Below, piece by piece: positions 55,679 to 64,000 of a stretch of DNA of 64,000 nt; the stretch's first letter is position 1; each line of letters starts with the position of its first letter. Both the position numbers and the translations under genes were made by a program. Source of the stretch: Schizochytrium sp. TIO01 (Eukaryota > Protista > Bigyra: Labyrinthulomycetes); the NCBI GenBank assembly GCA_004764695.1, contig SMSO01000031.1, forward strand, positions 3,696,436 to 3,760,435, given 5' to 3'. The notes beneath the pieces are model-generated. The model searched no databases. It had not been told where the DNA came from and saw nothing but the letters and a program-made list of their open reading frames with translations.

Positions 55679-56806
55679 TTGATTTGTGCGCTTTGAAGAG
55701 CTTTAATTGTTTGAGTGAGATGGGAGGATCAGATCTCTGATTTAGCTCTCCTAGAAATATAGTAAGTACTTACTATGTACCCACTTACTCTCAAATCGTC
55801 TTAATGGTAGGAAGTATTACTAGTACTATTGCACGGGCGGTAGCGGCTCACTACCTAATTCCCTCTTACAGGATGAGAGCACTGCCGGGGCTACCCTTTT
55901 GAGTCATTAGAAGTTTGATAATTGATGAAGTAGTACCGTTAAAACTATAGTAAGAGAGCTTACGCAAAGGATTGAAAGTCCAACCCACTCAACTTCAAAT
56001 GCACAGCGTGGCCAAACGAAGATCATGCAAAGTACGACTGCTTGAAACTCCGAGTCTACAGCGACAAAATCTTCCAATAGGCTTGAACGTTGGCATAGTA
56101 ATCTCCCGGTAGGACTGCGCTGGACCGCTACGCTTTTGTATTTAATCGACACTTTATTATTCGGTCCACTTGCGTAGCTCTACATGTGTCGAAACACATT
56201 CGCTAAAAACTATTTTTGTAGAAATTGTGCTAGGGAGGTAGGTAGTACATCCTAGGTACCTGTAGAGAGTTATTGACGAACATATTGCACACGTATCAGC
56301 GTAGGCGAAAGAGAGATCTCCTTTTTAGGAATCAGTACTTGAGATTGTTTATTTGAGCAATTATCAATGACTCTTGCGAGGCAAAGAATTTTCAAAATCG
56401 GAATAATTTACTTGTAAGATGCCACGGTATCGTGTATAAATGCTCATTTTTTAAGATTTTGTTTACACCATACGACGACTGAAAACCCCAAATTGGAATT
56501 CGTTTGTTACCGCACCCGAATGGTTCTACAGTCTCTTCTTTCAAAGGCTTGCATCCTCTCCAAACCTGACTCCCACCACCATATTCCAAGAACAACAATG
56601 TGATGGATGATCTCTACTCTCACTAAGTCAGGTGCAACTTCTTGTATTTTTTCACTTGGGTCCAGCCAAAACAATCACTGGATGGTCATCTTATTCGAGC
56701 GTGTTGTGCCTTCGTCGAAGCTGCCACCGCATATTGAACTACAAAATAGACAAGTTTCCCGGACCAACTCCGTTTGCTTTGTTTATATTTTCAAATAAAC
56801 CTATGG

Positions 56807-56927
56807 CCGAGAAGAACACAGAGATCAAGGTGAACGTCGCAAAAAAGAAGGGGATTGACGGAAGCTGGTCTACAGCCAACAACTCGTTGACAGGGTCATT
56901 GATTAGACACTTGATTTCGATCTGAGC
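56807..56927 (+). repeat. ~120-bp direct repeat, copy 2
   Basis: Matches 55559-55678. Confidence 0.95.
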
Positions 56928-57418
56928 GTAAATAGATGAAGGTTTGTATATACTTTCAAGTAGATGGAACTGAGCTGATGAAAAACTAACCCATTTTTAA
57001 AGTCGAAGTTCCTGAGAGTCAATGAAAAACTAGCTTTGTGATTTTTTTTTTCCTTGAAGTACTAGAACAGTGACTCCTATTGAAGCTCATTATCTTGGGC
57101 CAACTTCATCTTTTCAATGGGATGATGTATTGTTTTATTGTTTCTGTAATCTCCCTAGCACTGTAGCTGCAAAATTAAAGGAGTACTAAAGTAGTTCCTG
57201 GGAAACAAGAATTAGAGTGTGAAATTAGACAAAGTAGTTTGCATTCAGTATTGCTTCATATGTTGCTCACTCTGTAGCATAGCAGTTTCATAAAGTAAAT
57301 ATACCATATACTGTGGGGATAAAGCATGGTCATCCTCCACTATTTCCATCATTGCTCTTCAAATAATCTATATGAACAAACTAAATTTCTTCTTACAGCG
57401 CGGTAGATATATAGTCAA

Positions 57419-59506
57419 TTATGCATCATCATTATGGCCTTCAGTTTTTGTGCAAGCCTCGAAATCCCAAGCTAGAACTGAAAGACAGCATCGTGGACTA
57501 TTGTCTTGAGTGCTGATATCCTGTAGTGTTTCAGGTACAGCAATCTTTGAACATGGAATAACGGAAAGAGAAGTTGTTCCCTGGCAAAGCGACATAGCAA
57601 GTGAAACACTTGTTGAATCGTGTGTTACATAGAACGCATGACCAGCAACCAAACATGTGTGTTTCACAATCTCTTCCAAAACAAGCTGACCCAAGGTTTC
57701 AATGTAGTCAGTGTTACACGGTTTTTCACTCGCCGTGTCATACACATTTAGTTGTACTGCGGCAGGAGCCATATGCACCTCATGGTCATGGTCAATATGC
57801 AGAACTTGAATAATATAACGATCTTCAATGACTTTCCTTAGTTTTGAGAAGTCTTGGTGAATGACAGATTGGCCTTGTGATGCACATACCTCTACTTCCA
57901 CCAAAGCATCGCGAGGTAAATGAGGAATCTGAATGAGCACTTTGGTTGCCTTAATAGGAAGGCGAGCAAAGACAGACTCCGAATCAAAAGGAGCTGCTGA
58001 AGATACATAAACGACCACACTCCGTACCATCTCCAGAGATGCGCCCTTGCACTGCAGCACAGCTGAACAGTGCTTGAGTGACTTGTCCAGCTGCTCAGTC
58101 AAGCTTCCCTGCATCATTTCCATTGTAGTTGGTTCAAGTGGAATTTGCCCCGCAACAAAAGTATACCCCCCCATATCGACAATTTTGTTTGCTTGCGAAT
58201 ACGGGCCAATGCAAACAGGTGCCCAATGAGAAATACTGCGTACATGAAGGACATCGCGAGTATGCCGTGTTGCTTGTGCAGCAACCATGACACGGTGGCC
58301 TAAAGCAAGATCTACCTCAACACACGCGCGTGAAGGAGCTGGAAAAGCTTCGAAGAACTTACAGTATTCAGCATTAATCTTGCCAAAGTCTTTCATTGAA
58401 GCAAGATACAAATGAACGAAGCAAACATGCTCTCCAAGGTTCAGATTGTGCTTCGCCAGAACTGTTTCAAGCTTAGACATTGCCTCACGGAGTTCGTCCT
58501 CGAGGGTTCCCTCAGGGTTTCCAACACAGTTTTGTACGGCAACTAATCCCAAGTCGGTACTCTGACTGACAACAGGTTCATCGCCTTGATCTATGATTTG
58601 CCCACGTGGATCAGACGATTGTACATCATTAGAAGTAACAGTTATTCCCTTGTTAGATAAGAGTTTCTTCTCCTGAAACTTGCTCATATAGAAGGCTTGC
58701 CCGCATTCGTCAGTGTCCTTGGGCTCAGTATGCACTGCGTCGATGCGTAAATGAGCCGCAGGGGCAAAGGAACAGTCATCATCGACAATAACTTCTGTTT
58801 TATCTAAAACAATGCGACGCTTGAAAAGTGGGCAATCTAGTGTGACTGTCTCGTATTCGCCACCTTCTCCACAAACATGAAATTCGAACTGTTCATGCAA
58901 GTCTTCAAATTCCCCAAGTAAATCCCCCAAGCGACGACCAAGCATTCTTGGTTTGAGTCCCATGCTAGCAATTTTCACGAGAACTGCTTCGAGCTCGTCG
59001 TCAATCATACTTGTCAGCACCTCATGTTGCTCCCGCTGCCATAGGAATGCAAGTGATGTTAAGCCAAGTCGAGAACAAACAAATTCGACTCGGTTCCGCT
59101 GATAAGTTGATAGAATTGCACCAGAGCAGACTGCATTAACCTCAGGAAATCGTTCTTTGACCTCCTGTAGCAAGGCAAAGAGGTCTTCGACCTCATCACC
59201 ATCAATTGCTGACCTGTAGTCAAGATCCTTCTGTACAGATTTTCCGTGTAGTTGATGGCTGACTAGCGGCAAATCCATACATTCTGCGATCGCTGGGCAG
59301 ATAGCGCTAACTCCAATTGTTTGAAACATGAAGCTGTCAAGTTCTTCTTGTTCGGGAACCAAAGGTTCCTCATTATGATCTAATTGGTTGCCTTGTTGGG
59401 GAGGACGTAAATTTGCAAGGGCCACAATCTCGTGGCCGTGCCGCACGCACTCCATCATGCTATAACATGAGTCCTTGCCACCACTAATCAGCGCCACCAC
59501 CTTCAT
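57419..59506 (-). CDS. DPH6: Diphthine--ammonia ligase with C-terminal RidA/YjgF-like domains (695 aa)
   Basis: First ATG 59506 gives MKVVALISGGKDS (PP-loop). Also ELDSFMFQTIG, GDEVEDL, SGAILSTYQRNRVE and CGEGGEYET, then LHVRSISHWAPVCIGPYSQA, AGQIPL and LPRDALVE, typical of fungal/plant-type Dph6-YjgF fusions. Confidence 0.95.
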   Translation of the reverse strand: MKVVALISGGKDSCYSMMECVRHGHEIVALANLRPPQQGNQLDHNEEPLVPEQEELDSFMFQTIGVSAICPAIAECMDLPLVSHQLHGKSVQKDLDYRSAIDGDEVEDLFALLQEVKERFPEVNAVCSGAILSTYQRNRVEFVCSRLGLTSLAFLWQREQHEVLTSMIDDELEAVLVKIASMGLKPRMLGRRLGDLLGEFEDLHEQFEFHVCGEGGEYETVTLDCPLFKRRIVLDKTEVIVDDDCSFAPAAHLRIDAVHTEPKDTDECGQAFYMSKFQEKKLLSNKGITVTSNDVQSSDPRGQIIDQGDEPVVSQSTDLGLVAVQNCVGNPEGTLEDELREAMSKLETVLAKHNLNLGEHVCFVHLYLASMKDFGKINAEYCKFFEAFPAPSRACVEVDLALGHRVMVAAQATRHTRDVLHVRSISHWAPVCIGPYSQANKIVDMGGYTFVAGQIPLEPTTMEMMQGSLTEQLDKSLKHCSAVLQCKGASLEMVRSVVVYVSSAAPFDSESVFARLPIKATKVLIQIPHLPRDALVEVEVCASQGQSVIHQDFSKLRKVIEDRYIIQVLHIDHDHEVHMAPAAVQLNVYDTASEKPCNTDYIETLGQLVLEEIVKHTCLVAGHAFYVTHDSTSVSLAMSLCQGTTSLSVIPCSKIAVPETLQDISTQDNSPRCCLSVLAWDFEACTKTEGHNDDA

Positions 59507-60875
59507 CCTGAAACTCTGAGATAAGACCTTCGAGATCTCAAAAGGCTCCCTTAGCTGTAACAAAGACTTCCCTGCGTTTGCAGAAGCCTACAATTTTAAT
59601 TCACGGTTGGCACAGATTGCGATTTACTGATCAGTAGTGCTTGCCACGAAGTGCTGTCACAGAGACCAGTGCCTTGAAGTCTTTAGTCGTCTAATTCTTC
59701 CTAACTAGTACCTACCTATCTACCCTACCTACCACTGTGCTATATATGTGTATATCTAGTATCATTATTATATGTTTTAAAAGGTCACAGAATAAAGCCT
59801 TGAAATTTAAAATGAAAATAGAACAAAAACAAGAAGAAGAATTTAGACCTATTCTAAGTTGGGGGAAAAATGTCTACTATCTAATAGCTATCTGTACAAC
59901 ACACCCAAGTTCATGCACAATTTCTGGGAAAGGTGACCGAGATTAACACGGCAAATATAGCTCTAGTCTGTGTTAACTATGATATCAGCAAAACTTGGTT
60001 AGGCTGTGCTTTGAGTCAAACTTTGGTTAAAATTTGGTTGCTGTGTTGTTGGTCAGAGTTGAAGGGGCGATTTTCATGTTGATATGCATTTCCAGACAAA
60101 GGCTTTCAACTTTGGAGCATTTAACATAAATAACAAGTGACATACACTGCAAGGTTTATTATGAGAGGCTCTTCAGGGTCTGAGATTTATCAACATTATT
60201 TGATAACAGCCTTGAAATTTTTATTGACTTCTCTCTAGTACCTCTTGAGGAAGCATTCAGGTACAACATTGTCTTCGAAAACCTATTGACAGGTCCCATC
60301 CCAATTGTAATGCTGGAATCAATTTTTGCAAGTTATTTGCATTTTCCGCCGTAAAACAGTAATAATATATGTTGTTGTTTCATAAACAAACAAAAAAGAG
60401 CAAGAAAAACGAATAACAAGAAGGAGACAATATAGCTTCTCGGACTAACAAATAGATTTCATCTCGCTTAAACCCTATGTTTGCGCCTCTCTTAACACTC
60501 AAGGCTGCCCAAACCTTGGAAAGTATGTCGCTGTTGATACTTGAGTACACTTTTCAAATATAGGATCAAGAACTTTGACAAGATTGAACCAAGAAACGCT
60601 ATGCTATTTATGCCTATGTAACTGGTAAAGAAAACCGTGCTTAGTATTACATACCTCATACCTCGACGGTAGTAAACCTTTAATAGACCCTACTCATAAT
60701 TCTCTATCAATCTTGAGTCATCTTGACGAGAGAAAGCAGACTCAGCAGTAGCTTTTGCTCACGCGTCAAAGCCTATCTAACAGCTGTGCTGAGCCACCTG
60801 GGCCTGCCGTACTCTCGCTCCTGGGGAGACTATCTTAGACAAACTGCTTCCTGCGAAGAGCTTGCTGCTGCGCAA

Positions 60876-61820
60876 ATGGAGCCTCGGCATGCCCCGGAGC
60901 GATTTGGCACTGTGGAAGCTGGCGTGTACAGGTCGAGTGTTCTTCAGCCCTTAAACTTTCAATTTGTGAGTGACCTTAACCTGAAAACTATTGTACATCT
61001 TTCACCTGAAGTGACACTACGCGCGGTTTCCAAGTTTATAAACGAGAAAAAAATTAAACTCCTGCATCTTGGCCTAAAATTCTGGAGACCATCTGGGTGG
61101 TCTCTGATTAGTGAGGAGCTCGTTAAAGAAGCCCTGGAGGTTGTACTTGATCGACGCAACCATCCCATGCTTATAATGTGCACCTCTGGTGTTCACTTAA
61201 CAGGCACAGTCGTCGGATGCCTTCGCAGGTTGCAACAACACTCGTTTACTTCCATCATGGATGAACTCCGTTCTTTTGCTCACCCCACACATACCCGATA
61301 CGCCAACGAGACGTTTATTGAATTCTTCGACGTTGACCTCGTATCATTGCCACAGGATCTACCGCGATGGTTTGGCCGTGCTACTAGCGTCTCTCAACGA
61401 AAGTTTGTCTTACCAACCCGAAAGCCACGAAAACTTGCTCAAGACGGATCGGAAGCCAATGACCCAGACTCTCCAGAATCAATGGAGCGATTACCTGCAT
61501 ATCAACGCCACTTCTGGGATTGTACTGGACCACTTGCGGAGGCATGGTACAAAGATGCAGTCAAGGAAACCAAAACTAGTGATCTGCTTGAACCATTGCC
61601 ACTACTTACTCCATCAAATTTGGGGGGTGAAGGTGGACAAATAAGGACAGAGAAAACTGATAAAAGGGTGATTCAAGATGATGAGATAAGTAATAGTGGT
61701 GTTAATGGTGATGGCGCAGACGAAGATGATGACGACGATGATGAAGAAGAAGACGCCGCAATTGAGGTAGAAATTGAGAATGATGTGCTTGTGATTCGAT
61801 TTGCACGCCGTGCCATCTAA
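60876..61820 (+). CDS. PFA-DSP (Siw14/OCA family, Y_phosphatase2) phosphatase-like protein with acidic C-terminal tail, 314 aa
   Basis: APERFGTVEAGVYRS, NFQFVSDLNLKTIVHLSPE, NHPMLIMCTSGVHLTGTVVGCLRRLQ and FIEFFD are family motifs. First ATG at 60876. Confidence 0.88.
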   Translation: MEPRHAPERFGTVEAGVYRSSVLQPLNFQFVSDLNLKTIVHLSPEVTLRAVSKFINEKKIKLLHLGLKFWRPSGWSLISEELVKEALEVVLDRRNHPMLIMCTSGVHLTGTVVGCLRRLQQHSFTSIMDELRSFAHPTHTRYANETFIEFFDVDLVSLPQDLPRWFGRATSVSQRKFVLPTRKPRKLAQDGSEANDPDSPESMERLPAYQRHFWDCTGPLAEAWYKDAVKETKTSDLLEPLPLLTPSNLGGEGGQIRTEKTDKRVIQDDEISNSGVNGDGADEDDDDDDEEEDAAIEVEIENDVLVIRFARRAI

Positions 61821-62077
61821 AAGGGCTTCTAGATTTGCTTTATTTCGCCCCCCCCCCCACACACACACACACACGCACAGCCATCTGTACGTATACTGTA
61901 GGCATATGTTATTGTTTAGTTCACGCTTAAAGCTACTTAGATTGTTTTGATCCAAACGCCCCTATTGGTGTTTGACCATAGCTTAATCATCTCACTTGTA
62001 AGGAGCTTGACCCAGAAAATTAAGAATTGAAAGAATTGCGTTTTGGTCTTCTTTATGTGCCAGTTTTCAAACACAGT

Positions 62078-62667
62078 CTAACCCCCTACCGCATAAATCT
62101 CACGCGGAAATGATACAAAACAGAGAGCTTTGCCTGCCCATTGACAAAATAGACAAAGAGCAATATCCCATATCGACCCTACAGAAGCAAAATAAAGGAG
62201 AGAAAAGGGTCCCAACAAAACAGCCAAAAGTGCAACATGGAAAGCACGATCCCAAGCGTTTTCCTTTGGACTAATAACCTTTTCCGCTGGTTGATCTTGA
62301 AGCTGATGTTGCTGAGCTCCGCTCATAAATAGTTCAATGGCTGCATGCGAAATCATCACTAATTCGTAAGAGCCAAACAGAAGATTTAACGTGATTTCAC
62401 CAACACGCTTGCTACCAATAGCTCCAAAAACTGATGAGACTGCAACCATTATGAGCCACATAACAGTTTGAACAAATGCTGACTTGGCACATGACGCTAC
62501 TACAAACTTGACGGTCTCCTTAGATGGTACTCTAGCTGTCGAAAACAAAGGGCTGTCAACACGATTGGAGAAATTCCAGGCATGGGTGTCGCTTTTGGTT
62601 GACTTGATGGATCCGCAGAAGAAGTTTTTGCAGCAGCACTTGCTGCTGCAGTCTTTCGCTGCTGCAT
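62078..62667 (-). CDS. Putative small multi-pass membrane protein; 5' exon structure uncertain
   Basis: Stop-free frame 62078-62734 with 3-4 hydrophobic segments in its C-terminal part. An ATG at 62667 in another frame gives MQQRKTAAASAAAKTSS. An intron-like 3' end (TTGAC...CCCTTTGTTTTCGACAG|, acceptor at 62536) could join them, but no consensus donor was found. Confidence 0.45.
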
Positions 62668-63336
62668 CAAAGGTGCAGCAACCAGATGCTTCTAGGTTTG
62701 CCCCTCCACCCAAACAGTGACAAATTGAGTTCACACCTGCAGTACCTCCTTCCTAGTGACTAGTTTCCAAAGCGGCTAGGACCTGGAGCTAGTTGACTTT
62801 TGCCAAGGCTTGGTTTGACACATCGCTTGTCCAAGGCTTCTGTTCCTAAATTTTTGCTCCTATTTTCAACGAGGTATATAATATATACATGTCTAATACC
62901 AGGTAGCTAGCTACTAATGCTACCTACCTACCCTTGCAGAATCGTCTGCAAAAAACAAAACTAAAACAAAAATGCTATACCCTGAAGATCAAATCTTGAT
63001 GCTCTCGCTTTACAAGTTGGTATTCTTCTACCTACGTAGATTACACAATTGTAGCCTTTATTCATTAACAAAGGCTGCTACACTACTGCACATCTTAGCG
63101 TAACCTATAGTAGTACTTCTCCCTCACTAACCAGCCATAAATCGCGTTTGATTTGTTTTATGTGACAAATACATTAAATTGTAAAATAAGCACATTTGGA
63201 TCATCTGTGCACTAGCAGAACCTTTGCAACAGCAAAACGCGAAGTCTCGCCGTGCTCAACAACAAACAAGTCTCTGATTTTTTATGGCATAGGATTAAAT
63301 AACATTGCACCTGGGTAAAAGAACTCGTGCAAGAAA

Positions 63337-64000
63337 ATGTTGGGTCGAGCGAGTGCAGCGGCACGGGGTACGGCCATGGCCAATGCCCTGCGGCTCCTAG
63401 AGGCCCGCTTTGGCGATTTTGATTCTCTGCGCCATCCAGGCGCTCACGTGCTTACAAGAGACCGTGAACTTGTTCGTGAAGATATCGAAGAGCTTGTCGC
63501 CCACCGTGCGCTAGCGGTGCACGTACGTGGATTTTATCCTGCAGATCTTTCTGAAAAGCTCGCTGACAAAATGCTTGCGGACGTGGACGTTCGCAACTGG
63601 AATGTGGCCAGTGGTGGTCGCGAGGCTGAAGCATCGGATGTAGATGCCGTTGGAACTCCGCACAATGTAGCGTTTGCTAAGGGTGAGTTGGATTCTTACT
63701 TTGACTCTTCAATTTTGGAAATGCGTAAGTGGCGGCATTTGACCGACGAAAGACAGGACTTGGTGATGGGGCCCATGGATAAATTTCGCCTGGAGCTAGA
63801 TGAAGTTTGGCGACACGGCTGTTCTCTCTCGCGTGATAAAAAACATAACGATCGACCGTTCTTACCAGGCGTACCGCGAATTATGCGCCCTTCAACTCGA
63901 TACGATCCTTCGCGTTGGACACGCGGATTTGCTCATGTGGATGAGTTAGCCATTATGCGCCCCGACCGTGGTCTTTTTAGTGCTAATATTTACCTTCGAA
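63337..64000 (+). CDS. 2OG-Fe(II) oxygenase-like protein, 5' part (runs off window end)
   Basis: Manual translation, open from ATG 63337 to the window end: MLGRASAAARGTAMANALRLLEARFG...ALAVHVRGFYP...GPMDKFRLELDEVW...PGVPRIM...GFAHVD...FSANIYLR. An HxD iron-ligand motif followed by an ANIYL strand is typical of the double-stranded beta-helix fold. Absent from the ORF track because it has no stop in the window. Confidence 0.75.
   Translation, partial: MLGRASAAARGTAMANALRLLEARFGDFDSLRHPGAHVLTRDRELVREDIEELVAHRALAVHVRGFYPADLSEKLADKMLADVDVRNWNVASGGREAEASDVDAVGTPHNVAFAKGELDSYFDSSILEMRKWRHLTDERQDLVMGPMDKFRLELDEVWRHGCSLSRDKKHNDRPFLPGVPRIMRPSTRYDPSRWTRGFAHVDELAIMRPDRGLFSANIYLR

Noticed and set aside
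55559-56927. LTR retrotransposon/TRIM interpretation of the direct repeats
   Set aside because: No TG...CA termini, primer-binding site, polypurine tract or target-site duplication could be identified. Kept only as a duplication.
37772-60875. Track N-terminal extensions from GTG/TTG starts (37772, 49143, 51349, 59563, 60723)
   Set aside because: Bacterial-style alternative starts. Downstream ATGs or spliced exons fit a eukaryotic gene model better.
48148-61820. Functional 'vitamin B6 / metabolite-repair' gene cluster (PDXK, HIT, RidA domains, phosphatase)
   Set aside because: The genes belong to unrelated pathways and have mixed orientations. Without synteny or co-expression data this is most likely an ordinary housekeeping neighbourhood.

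Overview
Eukaryotic nuclear DNA: GT-AG spliceosomal introns with CTAA[CT]-type branch points, many microsatellites, and no operons, rRNA, tRNA or CRISPR array seen. The intron-poor genes and repeat style suggest a protist, possibly a thraustochytrid/labyrinthulomycete stramenopile (inference only). The window has two parts. (1) 1-48,100 is an almost gene-free ~48 kb region holding one gene, a Q-rich AP2-domain transcription factor (37880-39619, +), with compound micro/minisatellites and recurring CTAC/TAGG and TAGCTAG motifs. (2) 48,100-64,000 is gene-dense: pyridoxal kinase (3 exons, -), an SDR16C-like dehydrogenase (2 exons, +), a HIT-family protein with a variant triad (-), diphthine-ammonia ligase DPH6 with RidA domains (-), a PFA-DSP/OCA-type phosphatase lacking the catalytic Arg (+), a probable small membrane protein (-), and a 2OG-Fe(II)-oxygenase-like ORF running off the right end (+, missing from the ORF track). 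I found no clear-cut novel multi-gene system. The best leads are the large non-coding territory around the AP2 gene, a candidate CTAC-repeat promoter element, the non-canonical enzymes, and a stop-free 3n intron.
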